NCBI GenBank assembly: GCA_005878955.1
Contig: VBMI01000078.1
Coordinates: 1 to 14,554 of the forward strand
DNA length: 14,554 bases
Direction: 5' to 3'
DNA from: Methanobacteriota archaeon
Lineage (GTDB): Archaea > Thermoplasmatota > Thermoplasmata > RBG-16-68-12
This document shows, piece by piece, positions 1-9,341 of this stretch (positions are counted from its first letter, which is position 1; each line of letters opens with the position of its first letter). The notes beneath the pieces were generated by a model. It made no database searches. It had not been told where the DNA came from and worked only from the letters and a program-made list of their open reading frames with translations. The translations under genes were made by a program, and so were the position numbers.

Positions 1-580
1 TGACGGCCATGTGGCCCACACCGCCCAGGCCCATGACGGCGACTTGGTCGCCTGGCTTGCAGCCGAATTGTCGCAGGGGCGAGTATGTCGTGATTCCCGC
101 GCACATCAGCGGCGCGGCGCGCGAGGGATCCAGCCCCTTCGGGATTCGAAACACGTAGCGCTCGTCGACGACCATGCTCGCCGAATACCCTCCATAGGTC
201 CGAGCCTTCCGGTCCTGCTCGAGGCTGTCAAACGTGAACGTGGCACCTTTTTCGCAGAACATCTCGTGGCCGGCGCGGCATTGCGCGCAGGCGCGGCACG
301 AATCGACGAAGCAGCCCACCCCGATGAGGTCGCCCTCGCGATAGCGGGATGCGCTGGCCCCTTGCGAGACGACCCGGCCGACAATCTCGTGGCCTGGTAC
401 GATCGGGAACTGCGTGTTCCCCCAGTCGTCGTTCACCTTGTGCACGTCGCTGTGGCAAATGCCACAATAGAGAATTTCAATCTCGATGTCGTGCGGTCCC
501 GGTTCGCGTCGCTCGATTGTCATGGGCGCAACCGGCGCCTTGGCGGCGCGGGCGCCATAGGCAGGAGTCTTCTGGGTCAT
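1..580 (-). CDS. Zinc-dependent alcohol dehydrogenase, NAD(P)-dependent YahK/cinnamyl-ADH-like (partial; C-terminus beyond window start)
   Basis: The minus frame starting at ATG 580 stays open to the window edge: MTQKTPAYGARAAKAPVAPMTIERREPGPHDIEIEILYCGICHSDVHKVNDDWGNTQFPIVPGHEIVGRVV...CRACAQCRAGHEMFC...YGGYS...PLMCAGITTYSPLRQFG...VAVMGLGGVGHMAV. It has GHE, structural-zinc cysteines and the GxGGxG start of the Rossmann fold. It is absent from the ORF track because it has no stop inside the window. Confidence 0.93.
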   Translation of the reverse strand, partial: MTQKTPAYGARAAKAPVAPMTIERREPGPHDIEIEILYCGICHSDVHKVNDDWGNTQFPIVPGHEIVGRVVSQGASASRYREGDLIGVGCFVDSCRACAQCRAGHEMFCEKGATFTFDSLEQDRKARTYGGYSASMVVDERYVFRIPKGLDPSRAAPLMCAGITTYSPLRQFGCKPGDQVAVMGLGGVGHMAV

Positions 581-712
581 GGCCAAGGGAGAACCGCGCC
601 CGGGTAAGACTCTTGTGCACCTGGGCTGGGGGATCCGCTCAAACGAGGGCGGCGCTTCAATAGAACGCATCCAGTAAAGCAGAAGGCCGAGCGCCCCCTC
701 AGGGCCGTCGAC

Positions 713-1243
713 ATGGCCGAGCCGATCATCCCCGAGGCGCCTCCTGCGACCGGAACCCCGCGACTCCGGTTCGTGGTCCAGAAACACTGGGCTCGGAACC
801 TCCACTATGACTTCCGACTGGAAATTGGCACGGCCCTCGTCTCGTGGGCGGTGCCGAAGGGGCCATCCAAAGATCCGGAGGTGAAGCGCCTCGCGATTCG
901 TGTTGACGACCACCCGCTCGACTACCTTCTGTTCGAGGGATCCCTCCCTGAAGGTGACTACGGAGCCGGCGAGGTCATAGTCTGGGACTATGGCGAATTT
1001 GCGGTGGTCGGACCTGGTGAACAGGACGCGGCAGGAGCGCTCAACGACGGCGTCGTGCGATTCACTTTGTATGGCAGAAAACTCCGAGGACAATGGACAA
1101 TCATAAAGACGAGAATGGGACAGGGAAAACGCGAGAATTGGCTCTTGCAGAAGATGCGTGACGAATTCGCTCAGGCGGGTTACGACCCTGAAACCGAGCC
1201 GGCTTCCGCATTGTCCGGCAACGTCCCACGAAGTCCGCGTTGA
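713..1243 (+). CDS. Stand-alone DNA ligase D-type 3'-phosphoesterase (PE) domain protein
   Basis: 176 aa with the LigD-PE signature FVVQKHWARNLHYDFRLEI...LVSWAVPKGPS...RLAIRVDDHPLDYLLFEGSLPEGDYGAGEVIVWDYG. No ligase or polymerase domain is fused. Confidence 0.92.
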   Translation: MAEPIIPEAPPATGTPRLRFVVQKHWARNLHYDFRLEIGTALVSWAVPKGPSKDPEVKRLAIRVDDHPLDYLLFEGSLPEGDYGAGEVIVWDYGEFAVVGPGEQDAAGALNDGVVRFTLYGRKLRGQWTIIKTRMGQGKRENWLLQKMRDEFAQAGYDPETEPASALSGNVPRSPR

Positions 1244-1398
1244 CGTCTTTCGCTTCGCGCTGTAGATTTTTTCCCCCTCACGAGAGCAGCGGGCTCGGAG
1301 ACGGTGGACGAATACTGCGGGCCGCGTGATCCTAGGCTGACGCCGATTCCAGTCGTTAAGACAGCGACGGGCCCTGCCCCATCGAGCACGTGGAACTC

Positions 1399-1827
1399 CT
1401 ATCGCTCGGGCGGAGGCGATGGGCGGCGGACGAACGGCGTCTGTTGATGGAGCGAGAGCTTCCAAGCGTCGCCGTGGCGGGAGTACACGCTCGTCATCAG
1501 CGCCTCGTACATGGGCCGCTCCGGTCGGCTCGCGATCGCGCGGTACGTCACGATCGCGCTACGGTCGCCCACGGGCAGCACGCGGGCGTCCTCGATGCGA
1601 TAGTCCGTCCAGGGTCGTTCTGCCGCGATCGCAGCGACGCTCTCCCGTTTCGTCATCACCGTGCCCGGGAAAACCATCAGCGCGTCATCGGTCATGAGGT
1701 CGTCGTAGAACCTTGCCCCGTTGACGGAGCAGAGCGCGTCCCAGCCGCGTCGCTCCAGGTCCAGAAGGTCTTGACGCAGCGCGTCCCGGTCAGTCATCTC
1801 CTCAGGTCCCTTCCCAGTCTGTTTCAT
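1399..1827 (-). CDS. NTF2-like / SnoaL-type (DUF4440-like) protein
   Basis: 142 aa; LLDLERRGWDALCSVNGARFYDDLMTDDALMVFPG...ESVAAIAAERPWTDYRIEDARVLPVGDRSAIVTYRA...YSRHGDAWKLSLHQQTP is typical of NTF2-like polyketide-cyclase-fold proteins. The start could be the internal ATG (MTDRDAL...). Confidence 0.75.
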   Translation of the reverse strand: MKQTGKGPEEMTDRDALRQDLLDLERRGWDALCSVNGARFYDDLMTDDALMVFPGTVMTKRESVAAIAAERPWTDYRIEDARVLPVGDRSAIVTYRAIASRPERPMYEALMTSVYSRHGDAWKLSLHQQTPFVRRPSPPPER

Positions 1828-1833
1828 TCCGAA

Positions 1834-2220
1834 TCACGCTCGGCGGAAGGTGAGGGATGCAGAGTTGATGCAGTATCGCAACCCTGTCGGCCGGGGGCCG
1901 TCGTCGAACACGTGCCCCAGGTGAGAGCCGCACCTGGCGCACGTGACCTCGATCCGGCGCATGAACAGGCTGCGATCCGCCGTCTCAAGCACGCTCTCCT
2001 TCTGGGCCGGCGCCGAGAAACTCGGCCAGCCCGTACCGGAGTCGAACTTCGTCTCGGAGGCGAACAGCGTCTGCCCGCAGACGACGCACGCGTAGACCCC
2101 GGGATCGTGGTTGTCCCAGTACTCCCCAGTGAAGGGTCGCTCGGTCGACTTGTTGACGCAAACCTCGTATTGCAACGGCGTCAGCTCGCGCCGGAGCTTC
2201 TCCTTGTCGAGGGTCTCCAC
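1834..2220 (-). CDS. msrB: Peptide-methionine (R)-S-oxide reductase MsrB
   Basis: 128 aa; [24 protein letters not shown]...[28 protein letters not shown]...[35 protein letters not shown]. It has two CxxC zinc motifs and the catalytic RYCINS motif. Confidence 0.97.
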   Translation of the reverse strand: METLDKEKLRRELTPLQYEVCVNKSTERPFTGEYWDNHDPGVYACVVCGQTLFASETKFDSGTGWPSFSAPAQKESVLETADRSLFMRRIEVTCARCGSHLGHVFDDGPRPTGLRYCINSASLTFRRA

Positions 2221-2333
2221 GAGAAGGAACGCGCCCCCGGAGGACTTAAGGTTTTGGCCGGCGAAAGCGTCGGAGCCCCCCGAGCCTCACCCACTCCGTG
2301 ACGACGGCGGGATACCACAGTATTTGAACTAAT

Positions 2334-2356
2334 GTTTAAATAACAATACGGTTATA
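2334..2356 (+). promoter_or_regulatory. Candidate archaeal promoter (TATA-like GTTTAAATAA) plus ATAAC-N6-GTTAT dyad upstream of the VOC gene
   Basis: An A/T-rich element at 2334-2343 lies 36-45 nt upstream of ATG 2379 in otherwise GC-rich DNA, followed by ataacaatacggttat at 2340-2355. Confidence 0.5.
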
Positions 2357-2378
2357 CGCCGGTGCCGAGAGTGCAACC

Positions 2379-2789
2379 ATGATCGAAAAACTGACCCACG
2401 TGCCCATCGTCGTGAGCGACCAGGAGGAGGCTCTCCGGTTCTACACGGGCGTCCTCGGGTTTGAGAAGCGCGCGGACTACCAACAACCCGGCAACCCCCG
2501 CTGGCTCACCGTCGCGCCCAAGGGGACGGACATCGAGCTGATCCTCGTCGAAGGCGAGTACAAGCTCGATCCCCGCGCCCCAGCGGCGGCGGACAGCGGC
2601 GGCAACCATTGGGTCTTCAAGACAAACGACTGCCGGAAGGACTTCGAGGTCCTCAAGGCGCGCGGCGTGAAGTTCAAGGACTCCGCCCCCGTCGAAAACT
2701 GGTACGGTATCGCCGCGTACTTCACGGACCCGTTCGGGAACCACATCTCCCTGCTCCAGCCGAGTCCCACGCCCCCAAGGAAGGGCTGA
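2379..2789 (+). CDS. VOC/glyoxalase superfamily protein
   Basis: 136 aa; MIEKLTHVPIVVSDQEEALRFYTGVLGFEKRADYQQPGNPRWLTVAPKG...GGNHWVFKTNDCRKDFEVLKARGVKFKDSAP...GIAAYFTDPFGNHISLLQP. Confidence 0.93.
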   Translation: MIEKLTHVPIVVSDQEEALRFYTGVLGFEKRADYQQPGNPRWLTVAPKGTDIELILVEGEYKLDPRAPAAADSGGNHWVFKTNDCRKDFEVLKARGVKFKDSAPVENWYGIAAYFTDPFGNHISLLQPSPTPPRKG

Positions 2790-2914
2790 GGCACCCGGAC
2801 TGGCCCCGGGGCCCCGCGAAAGTCCGCCACGAACGTTCTCGCGGCCATCGCGCCCGGTGAGGAAGTCGTCACTGGCGGGGAGGACACTTCACATCGGGAG
2901 ACGCGCTACACAAC

Positions 2915-2934
2915 ATATTTATAACGCGGTTATA
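2915..2934 (+). promoter_or_regulatory. Candidate suf operon promoter: TATA-like ATATTTATAA overlapping a perfect TATAAC-GCG-GTTATA dyad
   Basis: The TATA-like element spans 2915-2924 and the 6-bp inverted repeat TATAAC (2920-2925) / GTTATA (2929-2934) overlaps it. sufB starts at 2994. Confidence 0.6.
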
Positions 2935-2993
2935 TGGGAAAGGTTGGGCGCGGGCCGAGGGCCTTGTAGGGGCCCGCGTTCGGAGTGTCGCGC

Positions 2994-4442
<1,449 letters not shown>

Positions 4443-4470
4443 GCCGACCCTGAGGTGGAGGAAAGGTACA

Positions 4471-5264
4471 ATGGCGCTGCTCGAAGTCAAGGGGTTGCGC
4501 GCGAAGGTCGGCGACAAGGAGATCCTCCGGGGGGTCGACCTCACCGTGAACCTCGGAGAGGTCCACGCGATCATGGGCCCGAACGGGTCCGGGAAGAGCA
4601 CCCTCGCGAACGTCCTCGCGGGTCGCGTGAACTACGAGGTCATCGGCGGCAAGGTGCTGTACGACGGCAAGGACCTCCTCGCGATGAAGCCGGAGCTCCG
4701 GGCGCGGGAGGGCCTCTTCCTCGCGTTCCAGTACCCCGTGGAGATCCCCGGCGTGGGGAACGCCTACTTCCTGAAGTCTGCGCTGAACTCGATCCGGAGG
4801 CACCGCGGCCAGGAGGAGCTCGACGCGATGGACTTCATGGGCATCGTGACCCAGAAGATGAAGCTCCTCGGGCTCGACGAGAGCTTCCTCGGCCGGTCCC
4901 TGAACGACGGGTTCTCGGGCGGCGAGAAGAAGCGGAACGAGATCTTCCAGATGGCGGTGCTCGAACCCCGCCTCGCCGTCTTGGACGAGACGGACTCGGG
5001 CCTCGACATCGACGCGCTCCGGATCGTGGCGAACGGCGTGAACTCGATGCGGGGGAAGGACCGCGCGATCGTCGTCGTGACGCACTACCAGCGGATCCTG
5101 AACTACATCACCCCGGACTTCGTCCACGTGCTCGTGAACGGGCGGATCGCGAAGTCCGGCGGGAGGGACCTCGCCCTCGAGCTCGAGAAGCGGGGGTACG
5201 GGTGGGTCGAGGAGAGCGTCTCGGGCGCCTCCGCCGCGATCTCACGAGGGAGGACGGGACGTGA
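4471..5264 (+). CDS. sufC: Fe-S cluster assembly ATPase SufC (3' end ambiguous; no in-frame stop at the expected position)
   Basis: MALLEVKGLRAKVGDKEILRGVDLTVNLGEVHAIMGPNGSGKSTLANVLAG (Walker A), LNDGFSGGEKKRNEIFQM (signature) and LAVLDETDSGLDIDAL (Walker B). SufC homology ends near ELEKRGYGWVEESV. The published frame then stays open to 6666. A +/-1 shift would end at TGA 5262-5264, giving a GTGA overlap with sufD. Confidence 0.9.
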
Positions 5265-6607
5265 CGGACGCCGCGGACCCCCGCCAGCCGTACCTCGCGG
5301 ACTTCCCCCGGCTCGAGCGGGAATTCTACAAGGACGACCCCGCGTGGCTGCGGGACACCCGCCGGAACGCGCTCGCAAGGTTCCAGGAGCTGGGGTTCCC
5401 CACCCTGAAGGACGAGATGTGGAAGTACACGAACGTCGCCCCGATCGCGCGGACCCGGTTCACGCCCGCGATCGCCATCCCAGGGAACGGGCTCCCCCCG
5501 GAGAAGCTCGAGCCCGTCGTGTTCGGGAAGTACGAAGGGAGCGAGCTCGTGTTCGTGAACGGCCGCTTCTCCCGCGCCCTGTCGTCCCTCCGGAACGTGC
5601 CCGACGGGGCATCCGTGGGGAGCCTCGCCCAGGCCCTCCGGGAGGAGCCCGCGGCCCTCGAGCCCCACCTCGCCAAAACCGCCCCCTTCGACGCGAACCC
5701 GTTCACCGCCCTCAACACCGCGTTCCTCCAGGACGGCGCGTTCATCCGGGTCCCGAACGGGAAGGTCGTCGAGGACCCGATTCACCTCCTCTTCGTCTCG
5801 ACCTCCCAGCCGGAGCCCGCGGTCGCCTACCCTCGGAACCTCATCGTCCTCGAGGACGGGGCCCGCCTCACGGTCACGGAGAGCTACGCGGGGCTCGACG
5901 CGGGCGTGTACTTCACGAACGCGGTCACGGAGGCGGTCGTCGGGGAGGGCGCAGCCCTCGACCACTACAAGCTCCAGCGGGAGAGCGAGCGGGCGTTCCA
6001 CGTCGCGACCTTGGAGATCGAGCAGGGCCGGGCGAGCAGCGTCTCGGACAACTCGATCGCCCTCGGGGGCGGGCTCGTCCGGAACGACGTGAACCAGCGG
6101 TTCACCGCGGAGGGCGGGGACCTCTCGATGAACGGGCTCTACTCCGTCACCGGGCAGCAGCACGTCGACAACCACACCCGCATCGAGCACCTGACGCCGA
6201 ACTGCGCGAGCCGGGAGCTGTACAAGGGCATCCTCGACGGCCGGGCCCGCGGCGTCTTCTACGGGAACATCATCGTCCACAAGGGGGCGCAGAAGACGAA
6301 CGCGGTCCAGACGAACAAGAACCTGCTGCTCTCCAAGGAGGCCCTCGTGGACAGCATCCCCGGCCTCCAGATCCTCGCGAACGACGTGAAGTGCCGGCAC
6401 GGGTCCACGACGGGACAGCTCGACGAGGACGCCGTGTTCTACCTGCGGTCGCGCGGGATCGACCCGGAGACCGCGCGGAGCGTCCTCACGTACGCGTTCG
6501 CCCGCGAGGTCGTCGACCGGATCCAGGTGCCCGCGATGCGGGCGACCCTCGGCGTGCTGCTCGTGTCGCGGTTGCCGAACAGCGAGGCGGTGCGGGAGGC
6601 CTTATGA
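5261..6607 (+). CDS. sufD: Fe-S cluster assembly protein SufD
   Basis: 448 aa; DEMWKYTNVAPIARTRF...VFVNGRFSRALSSL...LENALNTAFLQDG-like region...GGGLVRNDVNQRFTAEGGDLSMNGLYSVTGQQHVDNHTRIEHLTPNCASRELYKGILDGRARGVFYGNIIVHKGAQKTNAVQTNKNLLLS...VKCRHGSTTGQLDEDAVFYLRSRGI...AFAREVVDRI. GTG start preceded by gagggaggac. Confidence 0.96.
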   Translation: MTDAADPRQPYLADFPRLEREFYKDDPAWLRDTRRNALARFQELGFPTLKDEMWKYTNVAPIARTRFTPAIAIPGNGLPPEKLEPVVFGKYEGSELVFVNGRFSRALSSLRNVPDGASVGSLAQALREEPAALEPHLAKTAPFDANPFTALNTAFLQDGAFIRVPNGKVVEDPIHLLFVSTSQPEPAVAYPRNLIVLEDGARLTVTESYAGLDAGVYFTNAVTEAVVGEGAALDHYKLQRESERAFHVATLEIEQGRASSVSDNSIALGGGLVRNDVNQRFTAEGGDLSMNGLYSVTGQQHVDNHTRIEHLTPNCASRELYKGILDGRARGVFYGNIIVHKGAQKTNAVQTNKNLLLSKEALVDSIPGLQILANDVKCRHGSTTGQLDEDAVFYLRSRGIDPETARSVLTYAFAREVVDRIQVPAMRATLGVLLVSRLPNSEAVREAL

Positions 6608-6653
6608 GCCCCTTTCCGGATATCGCGGGCCAGGGGAGGCGCGGGACGGACCC

Positions 6654-7094
6654 ATGGCGGACCTGAAGGCGCTGTACCAGGAGGTGATCCTGGACCACAG
6701 CAAGAACCCGCGGAACTTCCACAGCCTCCCGGACGCGGACCGGACCGCCGTGGGCCGCAACCCGCTGTGCGGGGACCAGTTCACCGTGTACCTCCGGATG
6801 GACGGCGACACGATCGTCGACATCGGGTTCGAGGGCCAGGGGTGCGCGATCTCGAAGTCGTCCGCCTCGATGATGACCCAGGCGGTGAAGGGGAAGACCG
6901 GCGTCGAGGCGGAGGGGCTCTTCGACCGGTTCCACGAGCTCGTCACCGGGAAGCCCGCGGAGCCGGAAGCGCTCGGGAAGCTCGCGGTCTTCTCGGGTGT
7001 GTCCGAGTTCCCGATCCGGGTCAAGTGCGCGAGCCTCGCGTGGCACACCCTGAAGGCGGCCCTCGAGGCGAAGGGCGCGATCTCAATGGAGTGA
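6654..7094 (+). CDS. sufU: SufU-type Fe-S/zinc scaffold or sulfurtransferase (IscU-like fold)
   Basis: 146 aa; LYQEVILDHSKNPRNFHSLPDADRTAVGRNPLCGDQFTVYLRMDGDTIVDIGFEGQGCAISKSSASMMTQAVKGKT...RVKCASLAWHTLKAAL. It has the SufU cysteines (NPLCGD, GQGCAIS, RVKCASL). Confidence 0.96.
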   Translation: MADLKALYQEVILDHSKNPRNFHSLPDADRTAVGRNPLCGDQFTVYLRMDGDTIVDIGFEGQGCAISKSSASMMTQAVKGKTGVEAEGLFDRFHELVTGKPAEPEALGKLAVFSGVSEFPIRVKCASLAWHTLKAALEAKGAISME

Positions 7095-7173
7095 GGGGAT
7101 GAGACCGACGCACGGCCGGAGGATTCATGGGGAAGGGTTCGTATCGCCGGGGCGCACCGGGTAGGGGACAGCG

Positions 7174-8421
7174 ATGGCGACGAAGACGGAACTCCTGATG
7201 GACGTGGGGAAGGTCCGGGAGGACTTCCCGATCCTGAAGCGGACGGTCCACGGCAAGCCGCTCGTGTACCTCGACAGCGCCGCGACCTCCCAGAAGCCGA
7301 GGCAGGTGATCGACGCCGTCTCCGACTTCTTCAGCCGGTACAACGCGAACGTCCACCGGGCGATCTATGAGCTCGGGGAGGAGGCGACGCGGGAGTACGA
7401 GGGCGCGCGGGAGAAGGTCGCGGGGTTCATCCACGCCCGCTCCCCGAACGAGGTCGCGTTCACGAAGTCGACGACGGAGAGCCTGAACGCGATCGCGTAC
7501 GGCTGGGGGCTCAAGGGGAAGCTGCGGGAGGGGGACGAGATCGTCTCCACGGTGATGGAGCACCACTCGAACCACGTCCCATGGTTCTTCGTCCAGGACC
7601 TGAAGGGCGTGAAGCTGAAGTGGGTCGGGATGACGGACGACGGCCTCCTGAAGATGGAGGACTACGACACGATGATCACGAAGCGGACGAAGGTCGTCAC
7701 GGTCACGCAGTGCTCGAACGTCCTCGGGACGATCAACCCGGTCCAGGAGATCGCGAAGCGGGCCCACGAGGCCGGGGCGATCTGCGTCGTCGACGCGGCC
7801 CAGAGCGTCCCTCACATGCCCGTCGACGTCCAGAAGATCGGGTGCGACTTCCTCGCGTTCAGCGGGCACAAGATGCTCGGGCCGACGGGGATCGGCGTCC
7901 TCTATGGGACAGAGGAGCGGCTGAACGAGATGGAGCCCCTGATGGGCGGGGGCGAGATGGTCCGCGAGGTCCACCTCGGGTCCGCGAAGTGGAACGACAT
8001 CCCGTTCAAGTTCGAGGGCGGGACCCCGAACATGGCGGGCGCCATCGGCCTCGGCGTCGCCGTGGACTACCTGGACGGGATCGGGATGGACCGCGTCCGG
8101 CGGCACGAGAAGGAGCTCACTAAATACGCCCTCGAGGCCCTGTCCGACGTGAAGGGGTTCCACGGGTTCGGGCTCGACGACGTGGAGCGGCGGGGGGGCG
8201 TGATCTCGTTCACCCTCGGGGACGTCCACCCGCACGACATCGCGTCGATCCTCGACGTCGAGGGGATCGCGATCCGCTCCGGCCACCACTGCGCGCAGCC
8301 CCTCATGGAGCGCCTGAACGTCCCCGCGACCGCGCGGGCGTCGTTCTACGTGTACAACACGCCCGAGGAAGTCGACCGCCTCGCGGCGGGCCTCCGGAAG
8401 GTGTTGGACGTCTTCGCGTAG
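7174..8421 (+). CDS. sufS: Cysteine desulfurase SufS (group II)
   Basis: 415 aa; REDFPILKRTVHGKPLVYLDSAATSQKPRQVIDAV...YNANVHRAIYELGEEAT...DAAQSVPHMPVDVQKIGCDFLAFSGHKMLGPTGIGVLYG (PLP lysine)...RSGHHCAQPLMERL (catalytic Cys). Confidence 0.98.
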   Translation: MATKTELLMDVGKVREDFPILKRTVHGKPLVYLDSAATSQKPRQVIDAVSDFFSRYNANVHRAIYELGEEATREYEGAREKVAGFIHARSPNEVAFTKSTTESLNAIAYGWGLKGKLREGDEIVSTVMEHHSNHVPWFFVQDLKGVKLKWVGMTDDGLLKMEDYDTMITKRTKVVTVTQCSNVLGTINPVQEIAKRAHEAGAICVVDAAQSVPHMPVDVQKIGCDFLAFSGHKMLGPTGIGVLYGTEERLNEMEPLMGGGEMVREVHLGSAKWNDIPFKFEGGTPNMAGAIGLGVAVDYLDGIGMDRVRRHEKELTKYALEALSDVKGFHGFGLDDVERRGGVISFTLGDVHPHDIASILDVEGIAIRSGHHCAQPLMERLNVPATARASFYVYNTPEEVDRLAAGLRKVLDVFA

Positions 8422-8461
8422 GCGCCCCGCCACGGTTCGAGCGGGCTCGAAGGCGGATTCG

Positions 8462-8938
8462 ATGGAGCCGAAATCCCCCGCGGGAGCCGAGGTTTCACCG
8501 TCGGGCGATTCGGCCGTCGTCCAGATCATGAAGGCGGTCGTCGACTCGATCAAGCGACACGGCGCGGGGGCGTACCCCGAGGAGGGGTGCGGCTTCCTGA
8601 TTGGACCGGACGCGGCCCCGCGGCGGATCGACGAGTTCCGCGCCGCGACGAACATCGAGACCGAGGGCCGCGCCCTGCGCTACCGCGTGGACCCGAGGGA
8701 GACCCTCGCGGTGACGAAGGCCCTCTCGGGAACGGGACGGGAGATCCTTGGGTTCTACCACTCGCACCCCGACCACCCGGCGCGACCGTCTGTCACAGAC
8801 CTCGAACGCGGGTTCACATGGTACACGTACGTGATCGTCGCGGTGGAGAAAGGGAGGCCCGTGGACCTGCGGGCGTGGGGCCTCGAGGAGCGGGAGGAGC
8901 GGCGGGCGTTCCGGGAGGTCGGGATTGAACTGGTCTAG
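8462..8938 (+). CDS. JAMM/MPN+ metalloprotease (Mec/AfJAMM-like)
   Basis: 158 aa; YPEEGCGFLIG (Glu41) and GFYHSHPDHPARPSVTD, which exactly matches HxHx7SxxD (H100, H102, S110, D113). Confidence 0.93.
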   Translation: MEPKSPAGAEVSPSGDSAVVQIMKAVVDSIKRHGAGAYPEEGCGFLIGPDAAPRRIDEFRAATNIETEGRALRYRVDPRETLAVTKALSGTGREILGFYHSHPDHPARPSVTDLERGFTWYTYVIVAVEKGRPVDLRAWGLEEREERRAFREVGIELV

Positions 8939-9278
8939 GCGGGGGAGCGGGGAACCGTTCTCCATCACGCCGGAGGAACTCAAGGCGAAGCTCGACCGCG
9001 GGGACGCCGTCGTGCTCGTCGACGTGCGGGAGCCGGCCGAGTGGGCCGTGAACCGCATCGAGGGCGCGACGCACATCCCCCTGATGACCCTCCCTCAGCG
9101 GGCGCGAGAGCTCGATCCCGAGAAGGAGGTCGTCGCGTACTGCAAGATGGGCTCCCGCTCCGAGCAGGCGGTCCTGTTCCTCCGCCGCCTCGGCTTCGGG
9201 AAGGCGAAGAACCTCGAGGGCGGGATCGACGCCTGGATCGCGCAGGTCGACCCGAGCCTGCCGAATTACGAGGAATAG
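8925..9278 (+). CDS. Single-domain rhodanese-like sulfurtransferase
   Basis: TTG start at 8925 overlaps the end of the JAMM gene. PEELKAKLDRGDAVVLVDVREPAEWAVNRIEGATHIPLMTL...VVAYCKMGSRSEQAVLFLRRLGFGKAKNLEGGIDAWI, with active-site loop CKMGSR. Confidence 0.92.
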   Translation: MNWSRRGSGEPFSITPEELKAKLDRGDAVVLVDVREPAEWAVNRIEGATHIPLMTLPQRARELDPEKEVVAYCKMGSRSEQAVLFLRRLGFGKAKNLEGGIDAWIAQVDPSLPNYEE

Positions 9279-9306
9279 AATCGTCCGGGGGAACCGCGGG
9301 GGAACG

Positions 9307-9316
9307 TCTAAATAAT
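9307..9316 (+). promoter_or_regulatory. Candidate TATA box (TCTAAATAAT) for the ubiquitin-like operon
   Basis: A/T-rich element ~26-35 nt upstream of ATG 9342, the spacing expected for a leaderless archaeal transcript. Confidence 0.5.
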
Positions 9317-9341
9317 CGGGGACGGGTTCGCGGCCCGTCCG

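Noticed and set aside
11-607. 198-aa plus-strand ORF
   Set aside because: Antisense shadow of the alcohol dehydrogenase gene; no recognisable motifs.
1390-2301. 303-aa plus-strand ORF
   Set aside because: Antisense to the NTF2-like gene and msrB, both of which have strong motifs. It is a GC-driven spurious ORF.
5108-6400. 430-aa minus-strand ORF opposite sufD
   Set aside because: Low-complexity composition typical of antisense frames in GC-rich DNA; sufD on the plus strand is unambiguous.
4471-6666. A single 731-aa SufC fusion protein as listed in the ORF track
   Set aside because: Only the first ~250 aa are SufC-like. The rest is Arg/Pro/Gly-rich out-of-frame translation of the convincing sufD gene in another phase.
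7021-8655. 544-aa minus-strand ORF opposite sufS
   Set aside because: Shadow frame of sufS and JAMM with no recognisable domain.
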